From contig DF237121.1 of NCBI GenBank assembly GCA_000708835.1, positions 1-64,000 of the forward strand: 64,000 nt of DNA, given 5' to 3'. The translations under genes and the position numbers were made by a program. The stretch comes from Klebsormidium nitens. Its lineage: Eukaryota; Plantae; Klebsormidiophyceae. A model generated the notes under the pieces. The model ran no database searches, was not told where the DNA came from, and was given only the letters and a program-made list of their open reading frames with translations. The number at the start of each line of letters is the position of its first letter. The stretch's first letter is position 1. This document shows positions 47,201 to 58,946 of this stretch, piece after piece.

Positions 47201-49353
47201 CAAGAATCAGGCATCAGATTCTTACAAACTTTCATCGACAAGAAACGGATCGAAGGGTGACAACATGCACTGTTCTGCGAGCAAGTGCCCATTTTGGTAA
47301 TCGCGACATCGTGGACCAAATACTGCGGTTCCTACAATTCTGAAAAAATCAACGCAATTCACTTTTTAACGCCCCACACTCAATGTTGGTAACACCATTA
47401 AAAATGCGGAACCCATTTAACAACGAAAGTGTGAATAACTCAGTGAGATGAAAAGGGACAAAAGTGAACCGTCGTCTGCATGGCGGGGTCAATTCGCAGA
47501 CCAGAACGGTAGATATAATCTATGTACAAAATAGCTGTTAAACGATGAAGCAGAACAGATCCGGCGGTGCAAGCTTTGAAAGCTCTTGTCACGACGAGCA
47601 TGATGCATACACTCATCAAACCTGCAATATGTCGGAGTAGACAGTTTCTGTACCAATGTAGAAAGTGGGCCTTGGAGACAGTTCTACGACAACCCCGACA
47701 AGCTTTTCAAGTGCAGCGCCAGTTCCTCCTTCCAAGAAACCCTTCAAATCTTCAACTTCATCAGTAGAAGAAAACGAGAGAGAAGGTCTGAAGAGGCAAC
47801 AAACAGGTGAAAGAGAAGGAGAAGCGAAAGAAGAAAGAGTAAGAGAGAGGAAACAGCCAGGCCTCACCTGGTAGCTGTAGTTCCTGTCCTTTCTAATCTG
47901 CTGCAACTCAGGGTCCGTCTCATACTTGTCTGCGTCCAGCACCCAGTGCACCACCCCAAGCTCCGCCAATTGCTCCCGAGACACCGGCTGGTTTGGCTCC
48001 AGCTTGTGCGACCACCGCTGATCTGCATCAGAATCGTCCATGTACCAGGCCTCAGGCCTCTGCAAAATGAAGAATGAGAAATCAGGGACATCTGTTATTG
48101 TATATATACAAAAGAAGTGGGGAGTTTGGATCAGTGCTTCTTGGAAGCCTGTCTAACGGGCTGGTTCGGCTCCAGCTTGTGCAGCAACCGCTGGTCTGCG
48201 TCAGAGTCATCCATGTACCAGGCCTCAGGCCTCTGCAAAACACAAGATCATCAATTGAGGCTAAACGCGTGAAGGTTTTTCCCCTAGTAGAATGCTTTCG
48301 CAAGGTCCATTTGACATGGTCATGTCTGGCAATTGGTCCGCAGCAGAGTCGTTCACGTACCAAGCCTTGGCCCTCTGCACAAACCAAGAACATCTGTTGT
48401 CCTTAAAACGACCCTAACGTGCGGGATTTGTTTCGTGCTTCTGCAAAGTCCGTCTTGGTGGGGTGGTCTGACTGAGCTTGTGCGGCAATTGGTGGACTGC
48501 ATCGACATCATCCATGTACAAGGCCCCAGGCCTCTGCAGAAACCAAGATTAATCATTAACATATGGTGTTGGAAGGGTGTAGTTAGTTTCTTTAACGATT
48601 TGACCGGGTGATCTGGTCGACAAAACCGCTTGTCTGTGTCAAAACCACCCTGTACCACCTTATACCAAGCTTCAGGCCTCTGCCAAAACTTCATACCCCT
48701 CACAGCATTTAAGTAAGAGAGAGTGATTTTACCCAGTTTTTTCTACACTTTGGAAACGTTGTGGCTTCTTAATGTAAGTGTATTGCGAGGCCGCACACCC
48801 CTGTACCGAGAAAAAGAAGTCGATGCAAACAGTATCCACCAAGAGCTTTAACATATCCTGATCTCAAATGCTTCTTGCGGACTTAAACTGGACAGCCTGG
48901 TTTGCATGTGCGCCTTGCAATCGCTACATCAGACATGCCCCGGGTGTCTTTGCATTTTGATGCAAAGAGAAGGGCTAATCTGGACTTCATCTGGACGCCT
49001 GCAACCGAAATGTCCACCAGAGAAGATTGGCTAAGCATTAGCACTTCCCATCTATCCTGCTTATGTGACTCAAAGTTCGACCCTTTCTTGTGCTCTCCAC
49101 CGTGCCCAACAAACCCAGAAAACCAATGGGAATCTCCCTAGCAGAAGCTTTCAGTCACACCGATAAAGCATCCACAACAAGAGCACTCCAGTATCTGAAG
49201 ACTGTTGCTCAGTAGATGATAGAGGCGCTCTTTGAAATTGACAAGCTTCCATGATAAAGCACTGCAGCAGCTTGCCGCTACCCATGCTGCCTGACTCTCC
49301 TGGTTTCCAAAATGTTTGGTAGGAATACTCACCACAGCATTTGCAGCCGCCAT
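44291..49353 (-). CDS. ARD: acireductone dioxygenase (methionine salvage, cupin), 192 aa
   Basis: Six exons in phase: 49333-49353, 47868-48059, 46880-46994, 45206-45330, 44620-44690, 44291-44345. Motifs [65 protein letters not shown]. Confidence 0.95.
45390..46270 (-). repeat. array of seven exon-4 acceptor plus exon-start copies (ARD intron 3)
   Basis: YAG|GCTACTT(T/C)GATGTCCGGGACGC unit with acceptors at 45331 (real), 45461, 45703, 45834, 45900, 46050, 46167 and 46253. Confidence 0.9.
48140..48690 (-). repeat. array of four exon-2 acceptor plus exon-start copies (ARD intron 1)
   Basis: GCAG|AGGCCTGAGGCCTGGTAC unit with acceptors at 48060 (real), 48233, 48375, 48534 and 48680. Confidence 0.9.
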
Positions 49354-50430
49354 GCCGCCTTCACAAACGCCCAACTTCTGCCGGAGTTCAGGCGTTGACA
49401 GTGCGCCCACAACCCTGTGAAACAACCCCGCCCTACAAACTCTAGTGTACCTATCGTACTCGTCTAATGGCAGGCGCCTTCTAAGTTCTAGGAACTAGCT
49501 TCGCTTTCTCTGTCTCGCTCAATGACAAGATGGTTTCTTTCGGTCCAGATCCAGATGTCTGGTTTTGCTCAAAAAATAAGCATCATTTCATAATGACATA
49601 TCAAAACAAGCTAGATTGGAGAGATCTCCAGAGCTCGTCTCTCGTGCAGCGAACCTTGAAAATTGAGTCGGGTCTACAGAACAAACCAACCTCGTGTGCG
49701 GTGACAACTTGGTACAAGTGACCTTATTCTCAAAACTTTGAGTGGGCGCATTGCAGAACCAGGCTTTTGCTGCCTGGTTGTAACCAGAACGCGCCCGCGT
49801 TGGTTAACCAAACAGGATCCCAAACCCCATTTGATCGCGGCTATCTGCATGCTGAAACTTGTGAAACTGATGTCAGTGAAAGCAAAGCTGGATGACAGGG
49901 AGCAAGTGAACTGGTTGAACTTGAAGGAAAACCGCCTTTGAAAGGAGGTGGTCAAGGCAATCTGAATGTGTTCAGAATCTTCCAAGTGACCAGCTTTCGA
50001 TACTGGTCGTCTTGTCCACGCTTGAGGGGCTCCCGCAATTGGAAAGGGTTTGAGCGTTCGATCCGACAAATATCAGCAAGTTTGATGATACGAGATTGGA
50101 TCCAGCTTTTGTTTAAAAGAGGTGAACTGATTGCTTGATGCACAGCCAAATCTCTGTGCTAGCCCCTGAGGAATAGCTGCACTTTGAAGCAAACCTGATC
50201 AGCAACATACGGCCTGCCAAAGTGAAAAGGAATCAGCGCAGCTCCTATGCTCAGCTGAAAAACCACCGTTCGTGACTAGCTTACTATATTGAGCTATTGT
50301 CGGGTCGTGCAAGAGATCTCATCGTATGTAACGGAGGCAATTCCTAGCCTTCATCCGTTCCTCTTTCAAGATCTCATCGTTTGTGGCCAGCACAAAACCC
50401 TTGAGCTTTCATCGCCAGTGGGAGTTCAAA

Positions 50431-53400
50431 ATGGGCCCTCCTGATGAAGTCTCGGTATCGTTTGATGGGCCTTCATCGCACCAGATGCACCCCGGCCCCC
50501 CTTCCATGCAACCTTTCAATCCAAGTCAGCCCCCGCCTGCCTGGTCCGGCCCTGGCCAAGTACCGTTCATGTCGTTCGGTCAGTATGGGAACACGGGAAA
50601 TGTATACGCCCCAGCACCTATTGGTCAATCGGCTACATACAGCGGAGGAGGATTTGACTTTAGGGACGAGCCACCGCTTCTGGAAGGTGAGGTTTTAAAA
50701 GCGCGATCTCGAAGAATGTTGCCTGCTTTTGATCTTTCTTTGCCTGTCTTATGTCTCCTCAGGATTTCGGTGGTGTGATTTTTGATGAATTCGAGATTCT
50801 TCGAAGAAGTTCCTTTTTAGCGCAATGATCCTCAGCTCAAATTGTTGCCTCTGGATTCAGTTCAGGGGTTGGAGTCTTTGTTGACACTGCTTAAATTTGA
50901 GTAAAAGAACGTTTTGGGGTCCTTGGCCTGCAAGCTGAGGGATTATGGAATCTGGTCGACCCAAATTAGGGTTCAGGTCAGCAGCTGAATGGGTTGTGTA
51001 GATTTCGCCATGCCAAAAAGCTGAGCTCAAGCAACTGACGATCATCATTGTGGTTTGTTCATGGTCACTGATCTGAGACCCGCGTGGTGTTGCTCTTGAC
51101 CTGTTTAGTGTTCTACTGATGGCCTTTGTGGAGATATTTTCATGCAAGTGCTTACTTAGCACCTAAATATGTACGATCATCAACTTTACATACATACATA
51201 CTCTAATCTGTTGCCACCGTACATGATGAGCTTCAAGAGTGTAATTTTACCCAATGTTCTCTCTTTGTTGATATCTAGTTTTGAGTTTGATGCTGTGGGT
51301 GGTGCAAGTTTCTCTTGCCATGTCAGGGCTTAGAAAAGACCTCACTTTCATTGGTTCTTCAGTATCAGATTTGCACTGGCGATCTTTCAAAAGGACTTGC
51401 TCGATGGAGTTGTCTCCTATAGCCTGGAGTACAATCTTGTGTTGCTTTGGAGTGTCAGGACTATGAAAAGTCCTTTTCTTGGCCTCAATTGGAGCTTCTG
51501 TGTTCGTTGAAGTTGCATAAAGTGGATATCATCTCGCATTCAAGCTTTCCCGTAAGGGAACGACGCATCCTGTCGAGGTTAACGATCTGACTCCTTAGCA
51601 TCTTGGCAACTCTGCCCCTTGGTCCTTTCAGGAACAGAGTTCTCGCTTTGTTCCTGCCTAATAGTTCAGATCAAGTACACCCTGCATAGCCCACAAACTC
51701 TTGCAGTTCATATTCAGAGATTCTCGCAACCTTCCTGAAGAGCTCACCATTTCGAGAGTGATCCATGATGTGAAGCTGAGCAAATCGCACCGCTCATCGG
51801 TCCGAGTGCTTCCTTTTCTGCTCCGTGAATCTAATGACGTTCGATTTTTTCAAAACGGTCTACGAAACGTGCACTCCCCAAGTTCTGCACTGTCTGGTAG
51901 ATTTTGAATCTTTGCGGATACTTGCATCCGTGTCTTGAGTCTGCTACACAGCTGGGGATCGACGTCTGGCAATCGCCATCTTCTGCGAACATCATCCGCT
52001 GATCGCTCAGTAGAGTACGAGCTTGTAGGAGGGCTACCACCGTTCTGCTTGTGACCTGCAGAGCTGGCTATCAATGTATAGCTCATCACCCGCAGAATCA
52101 GAAACTCGCGGCAAACATCAAATCAAACACTTTTTTTGCTCAGTCAATTACAACTTTGTTTGAGTGCTCACCTCATTTCCCCTTGTGCTACAGAGAGGGG
52201 CATCAGCGTACCACTCATTACCTGCAGGTTCAGGATTGTGCTGCACCCCTACAGAGCCAACACGGACATTCTGTGCTTGGTAGTGTGCGACCTGGTTTGA
52301 ATGCTCACCTTCTTTGTGCACTTCGTGCTGCAGAGCTGGGCATTAACGTACCGCTCATCACCCGCAAAATCTGGAACGTGCTGCACCCCTACAAGCTTAA
52401 CACGGACATGATGGAGGACGGAGACCTGTCGGGGCCCATTCTAGTTTGTCTTGGCTTTGCATCGTGTCAACTTCTGGTAAGTTACTTCTTGTTCCTAGGG
52501 GGAATTCTGATCTCCTTTCCAACTTCCTTTCTAAGTCAAGGAACAACGGGACCGGTTGGGAGCCATTCTGGTTTGCATGAGCTTCGCCTTTCGTCAACTG
52601 TTGATAGTTTCGCTCTTGTTTCGTACGGTCTCGAACTGCTGATAGTCTCGCTCTTGTTTCGTACGGTCTCGAATCTTGTTGGCTTCCGCTTTCTCGTTTC
52701 TTGCTGAAGGAGCAAATGACTTGTCGGAGGCACTCCTACAGTAGTCCGCGCCGGTTTTGCATCGTCTCATTCTTTCAACCGTCTACATACATAACTTCTT
52801 GGTTAGATAGGGGCGCACTCGCGTGTCGGGGGTGCAGGGTGGAATGAGGGGGTTTGACCCCCTACCCCCGTCGCTTCAGCGCTTCCTGTACACGGGTTTG
52901 GAGGAGTTGCAGTCACGGTGGCCTGTTCTAATCGCATTTGGTCTGTCTCCTCGTTGTGTCTTCTACAAGTGCCCTTCTCAAAGCTCTGCAATGGAAACAT
53001 CTAAATTCCTCTATTGTCATCCTGGGCTGGGCCCCTTGGAATGTATGCCCGTTGGAAGAACTAGACTGGGGCGGATTGCTTCTCTTTTTCGAATCATTGC
53101 GGGCCGGAAAAGGTCACCGTGGCGTCGTCCCGTGCTGGATAATATTTGAAAATTCTTCGGCGATCCCATTAAAAGGAACTAGATTGGTTACATCGTCTTT
53201 TTGTTATCCTCTTTCCAATGGCCGGAAATATCGATCTAGCCTCGTCCTGGGCTGGGCTAACTTCGTCTTTGATAAAGCGATTGCTTCAGAAGAACTCTCG
53301 AGAGATAATTTTGATTGAGTCTCCTCCTTTCGTTCATGCAGGCCAAAAAGCTTCAACTTGGCGACATCGTGGGTTAGACCACTCCGTTGGCTTTGAGCGA

Positions 53401-55906
53401 GCCCTTCGGAAGAACTAGACTGGGAAAACTAACTTGTCTGATTGAAATCCATGCAGGCTGGAAAAGTCCACTTTGGCGTCGTCTTAGGCTGGGCCACCCT
53501 TGCGTCCATCTTCCTATACGCTATGTTTAACCTGTTAGCGGGGCCCGCCGGGAGCGTCGACCTCTACCGGTGTTCCAGTGTCATGGGCTACTCGCTCCTT
53601 CCGATGCTCCTCTTCTCCGCCGCGTCGCTACTGATTCCCTCAGGGTGAGCTGCGTGTCACAGTCCGAAAGCCTGTCTTCGCTTTTTTGCCGAGGTTTATT
53701 GTTTTGTTATTGTTCTTCGTGAAGTTGCTGAACCCGTCGGGGTAAGTAGATTTGTCAGATCCTGACACGTGTTCCTTTGTGATGGGCTACTTCCTTCTTC
53801 CGATGCTCCTGTTGTCGACCGTGTCGCTATTGTCTCCCTCAGGGTGAGCCACGTGTCACGTTCCTGACGCCTATCCGCTTTTGCCAACACTCGCTTCTCC
53901 AATCGCTTGCATGGTGAATCAGAAGTACCCGAAGTCTGAACCGATGTTTTTGTTCCATGGGTTACTGCCTCGTGCCGATACTCCTCTTCTCTGCCACGTC
54001 GCTAGTGATCCCCTCAGGGTGAGCCACGTGTCACGTTCCTGACGCCTATCCACTTTTGCCAACGCTCACTTTTCCGGTCGCGTGGTTGGTGAATTAGAAG
54101 CGTAAGACCCTGAGTTGTTTTCGTTCCAAGGTTACTCCCTCCTTCCGATGCTCCTGTTCTCAGCCGCGTGGCTCCTGATTTTCTCAGGTTAGCCACGTGT
54201 CACGTTCTGAAAGTCTGAGTTCGCTTCTGCCTGTGCCTACGTCTTCCTTCGTCTGGCTGGTGAGTTTCTCTCGAAAAGTGACTTGTCAGACCCTGAGGCG
54301 ATGTTTCACTCCCCATGGGCTTGCTTTAGCCTCCTTGGGCGTTATCACCTCTTTAGTCCCGCCTTCTGGTACTCCTCTTCTTAGCCGCCTTGCTACTCAT
54401 CTCGTCAGGGTAAGCCACGCTTCACATCTTCAAAATCCAAATGCTTTCGCTGATGCCGGTCGCGTTGTTGGTGAACTCGAATTGCAGCCGCTAGCCCCTC
54501 TTGATGGGAGCACTTTCTTTGTGTCCCTTCTCTCTTTCCCCACTTCATTTGAAGAACGGGGAAAAAATATTCTTTCGTGGGCTACGTGCTCGACTCTTGC
54601 TCCTCTTGTTTGCTGCAACGCCTTTGAGGCCGCTTCGATACACCGCTTACTAAATGGTAAACCCTCCTCCGTATGGCTTCTGAGCTTGATCTGACACACG
54701 GCTCACTGAAGCGTCAGCCGTACGTCACAGCGTATCAGGAAGTCTTTTTGAATGGATTACTCGCATGATGAACGCCGCCTTCCTCGGCCGTATCGCGACC
54801 GATTCTTCAGAGATTCGTGTCACAGTATCTGGGCGTTTGACAGACGCTCCTTTATTCTCAGACGTGTCATCAACGATCCGCCATGATAAGTCACCTTCGA
54901 TTCAAGACGAGTTTCAGTGTCAAGGGCTTTCTCTTTTTCAACACGGGTGCGTGGCAGCGGCATCAGTTGTCCAGCCACAGCCGTCCGATCCTGTCATGTC
55001 CCTGTTCAATACCCTTTGATCAAACGGCAACCTGCGAGGCTCTCGCTCGCTCTAGTCTCTCCCTTCAAGACAACCTTCAAGTAGCACTTACCCTACCCGT
55101 TGCGTCCCCTGTTCGTTTGGTGGGTATGAGTTGCTGGTTTCGTCTTCATTTGTCGTTGTAAGGGGCGTTATATACTCTTCGTAGTTCTGCGGCGACGCGT
55201 ATGCTGGATTGGGGCAGCTCGAACTGCAACCTCAGAGGTTTCTCTGAAAATGCGTATCTGAGGAAGGTGCTTTGCCCCGTTGTTAAAGTTGTTAAACGTC
55301 ACTCAGCCAGCAGGATAGTAGTCAGTGCGACTCCTGGGCTTTTTGTCGAAGCGCATACGCGCCAGGTTCACTGGTCATGCATCTGCCCTGTCCAATCCCG
55401 TGGACAGAAACCGGACCGTTTGATGAAGCAAGGGGAAGAGCCCATTGGACTCCGGTTTGTTTAAGGCAGCCGGGATGCCCCTGGATCCTGCTAGTCACAG
55501 ATTCCGTATCAAGAAATTTCCGTCATGTTACCTGCCCCGGAATTGGTCAGTAACTTGTCAAAGGGAGCGATCGCTTTGGGTTCTGCATGCGTGAAGGCCT
55601 TTCCTGGTTGTGCGAATTCGTCATACACCTTCGGCCATACGAACCTCTACAAATTTGGGAGACCAAGTGGGCGGTTTACCATTAGTCTGCTCATAACCAT
55701 CCTCTGTTCACGGGAATTCACATCTTTCTTTCTTTTCCAGGGGCCTCATACCTGCGGCGCTTGCGGTGGTGGCCGTGCTCTGGAGCGCTCGGACGTGTTC
55801 CATTCTGTTGGTCTCGCTCCTACCACAGGCGCGAGAACAGCAGAGCCTCATAGCGTATGCCTGCCTGCTCGTATACACCGCCTTTGCTTTGCTGATTCTT
55901 TTCTAG
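50431..55906 (+). CDS. YIP1: Yip1-domain (YIP1/YIPF5-like) ER-Golgi membrane protein, 250 aa
   Basis: Four exons in phase: 50431-50686, 52334-52476, 53457-53644, 55741-55906. Motifs DEPPLLEELGIN, DGDLSGPI, GKVHFGVVLGW, SVMGYSLLPM, LIAYACLLVYTAFALL. Confidence 0.92.
51935..52275 (+). repeat. degenerate copies of exon-2 acceptor plus start (Yip1 intron 1)
   Basis: CAG|AGCTGGGCATTAACGTACCGCTCATCACCCGC-like unit at 52333 (real), 52193, 52061 and probably ~51948. Confidence 0.7.
52980..53440 (+). repeat. four degenerate copies of exon-3 acceptor plus start (Yip1 intron 2)
   Basis: GCAG|GCTGGAAAAGTCCACTTTGGCGTCGTCTTAGGCTGG-like unit at 53456 (real), 53341, ~53221, ~53101 and ~52990. Period 113-120 bp; the spacer motif GAACTAGA(C/T)TGG is repeated. 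Confidence 0.75.
53770..54420 (+). repeat. four copies of exon-3 end plus donor (Yip1 intron 3)
   Basis: ATGGGCTAC...CCGATGCTCCT...CCCTCAGG|GTGAGC unit with GT at 53645 (real), 53844, 54019, 54188 and 54410. Confidence 0.88.
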
Positions 55907-58900
55907 GGTTAGGTACTCATCCTTTCGGGGGAGCTCGTCGTCAAAGACGATCAAGTGCAACGGGATGCAAAAGCATTATGTGTAGAAGGATGCTGGTTCG
56001 ATCCGGCAGTCGACTTCGCATTTTCCTGTTTATTCCTCCATATGGAAACGACGAAATTGGTTCGCATATTTCTCGTTCCGCGTCCAGGTTAAGTGCCAAG
56101 GGTTTGTGCATCTTTTTTGCGTCGGGCGATCGGACTTTGTTGTGTTTGTGCATTGAAGCATCCTAGCTTGCAAATGGTTATTAAATCCCACATGATATTG
56201 CGTAAGCGCCCTGCCATCATGATCTGGTGCGCTGGGCGGCGGCCATGATGGAGGCAATCGTTGCATCTGCGTCTCCTAGTTTCGCTCGATGAATCGTCGG
56301 ATTGTCTACCAGTGCAGTGACATGGGCGCCATGCAGATAAAGTGACTTGCATCGGATTGACGAATTTCAAAGATCTGCGCGATCGACTCAGAGATTGTGA
56401 GATCATGTAATCAAGATCATTAATTAAGCAGGTCAAATCATCATGCTACCATTTATTCCGCATATTTACTTTCGACTCAGCTCGAGCTGATTGCAGAACA
56501 TATGTACGTGTTGCGCTTTAAATTACCAAATGGTTGTATACTATCCTATACAACCTTCAGGCTTATCATATAGTATATCATTCATGCAATCGAATGCTAG
56601 CTACGTGTACTCAAATTAATGATCGATCTTACACATAGACACGATGACCGCGCCGGGTTCAGTGTGTAGTCACATGTAGCCTAGACGAAAGCGCTGATGA
56701 TTGATAGCCTGGCAATTATAATCGTGCGCTGGCATCGACTCGAGTCCAGCATAATATGCGTAGCTACTACTGCAGTAATTTAAAGCATGCGGACTATCTG
56801 TAGTCAAGTCCAGACTAGCGGTGTGATTTTGCATCGATCAGTGGATTAAATATTTTTAGAGAGCCGCGGCGACTCTAGTATAACAAAATGACCGCGTCGA
56901 ACGGTTAAGTTCAAGCAAATTCCTATCAAGTTGCCTAGACGGTCACTGGCGTGCACGGCGGTGGCATCCGATCCAGTTATGAACATTCCATGGTTGATTG
57001 CATCCATACGGGCCGCCGGTCGGGCGCGGCGGCCGCGGCAGCGCGTTATCTGCTTGTTTTCCAGTTGTAAGTTGAGCTATTGTGCTTGTTGAAATTGCTT
57101 GAACATGTTTCGAGGACCGCTCAGCAAAAAAATGCATGTCACGTGCATAATGATGCAGCCTATCCAAAAGTGGCCGAGCTAGGCTGGCATATCCAGTATT
57201 CACTGAGTCAATCACCATTCAATACTATACTGCCAAGCTGGCAACTGCAGTCGAACTCAACGTGTACGTCTCCCTTTATCCACATACGAACATCATCATG
57301 TCCAAGCACCGCGTTACCGCAACGCATATCAATCGGAGTACGGCCTTGATAAATTTCTTGCTTTGAAGGCCATGCAAGTTGGATTGTCAGATCCGAACTG
57401 TCACGGTGTCTCAGAGACGCGTCAGAGACGGTCTCTTCGGTGTGCTCGGGACGTGTAGTACGTCGTACGCCGTCTGTATAGTGCTATCGATCATCAATTG
57501 GCTAGATGTAAAGAAAAAATAATCTCACGTTTCGAACCATGGTATACTAAGATCAAGTTCGCGTCAGTCACAGTTGAGTCATGTGACACGACGTCGTTGT
57601 GATTCGTAACTTTCGATAAGTTTCGTCATACATGCCATAAGAGACTAAGAGGATAAGAGATATGATAAAATGTGAAAATGCAACTAAATCTAGTGCCGGT
57701 GACCACTTAGCATATCACTTGGACTCACATCATGGAAAACTGATACGTACATAAACAAGGTATAATTAAGGTGATAAGGCTTTGTGAAGGCTTTAACATG
57801 TACTAGGCGGCTTACAACAGGCTTGAAGCTATGAAGCGCCCCAAGCTGCCGAGGAAGCTGAGAAGCTATAGCTAGACTCAGTGGAAGCCTATCTACCAGA
57901 TAGTAGGCTTCCAAATCTTTCATGAAAAGGTTCAAAATGTCGTACCTCCGTAGCCTGATGGGCCATAGGCCGGTAGGCCGGGTCTATAGGCGGCAGGCCT
58001 ATCCCTCGCCTATCTCGGGCGGGCGGAGGTCGCAGTGTTGCGGCCGCCGAAACTTGCTGCGGACGAAAGTCGCGGAAAGTTGCGGAAAGTCGCGTCATCG
58101 CGTAATGTCGCGGAGCATTGAAAAAACTAATACACAAAACTTACTTGGAATTTCATGGAATTGAACATGTTTTTCAATGGTTTGGAAGGTTGCAGTGGTG
58201 AAAGTGGCGAAGATCACCGAACAAAGTCGCGGAGCACTCGCGTAAAGTCGCGAAGAGTACGTCGCGGAAGGTCGCGCAGCGTCGCGGGCAACTCGGGCAA
58301 CCTCCGGGTCCCCCGGTGGGTCCACTGAGGTCGATACAGACTTCTAGGCGCCTGTCTATGGCGGGCCATCACGCTATGGACCCTCTATGGACTCAGCTTT
58401 GGATTAGGTGATGCCCATGCACCCATGTGATGATTCCCGCATCTCTTGCTCCATCAAGGCTTAGTGCATATAATCATGTGAGAATGTTCCTGGCCGGGCC
58501 AACGAAATGAGGAAAACGGTTTCCTTCCAACATTCAAACATTCTAGTGGTGATAGTGGCACGTGAGTGGCACAGTCACTGCGGGGGATGCAAGAACTAAG
58601 GGTTGAAGGGGGTTTTAGGGAAGGGTCATTTTGAAGCGGTACCCCCCGTAGTAGCTGTGGAGCCCTTTTGGGTCGAGGACCCTTGTGCCCCCCCCTTCCT
58701 CACCAGCCCTGCTCGCTCAAGTCCCAAGTTCCCCCCCCGTGCCTTCGTAACCTTGGAAGGTTCCATGTCCCCCCCCCACTCACAGGCTTGGGGATTGTGG
58801 ATATATTAGATGTACTTAGCTGATTTTGTTTTTGCTGACCCCTACAGCAACCTAATACTGAGGTTTTTTACACAATTGTGAAAAATTCTGCTTTGAAATT

Positions 58901-58946
58901 GGCTTAAAACCCGCCATAAACAGGCTCCAGCACACAAATTCCCCCC

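Noticed and set aside
49138-49425. 95-aa ORF upstream of ARD as a separate gene
   Set aside because: It contains the ARD start exon (ATG GCG GCT GCA AAT GCT GTG|GTGAGT) and simply reads on into intron 1.
36800-54420. Intronic exon copies as mutually exclusive cassette exons (Dscam-like)
   Set aside because: Each copy has only one splice site and part of the exon. Acceptor copies lack a consistent donor and donor copies lack an acceptor, so they are not complete cassettes on sequence evidence.
54880-55620. Further copies of the Yip1 exon-4 acceptor (for example AAG|GGGCGTTATA at ~55160)
   Set aside because: The similarity is too weak to distinguish from chance by eye.
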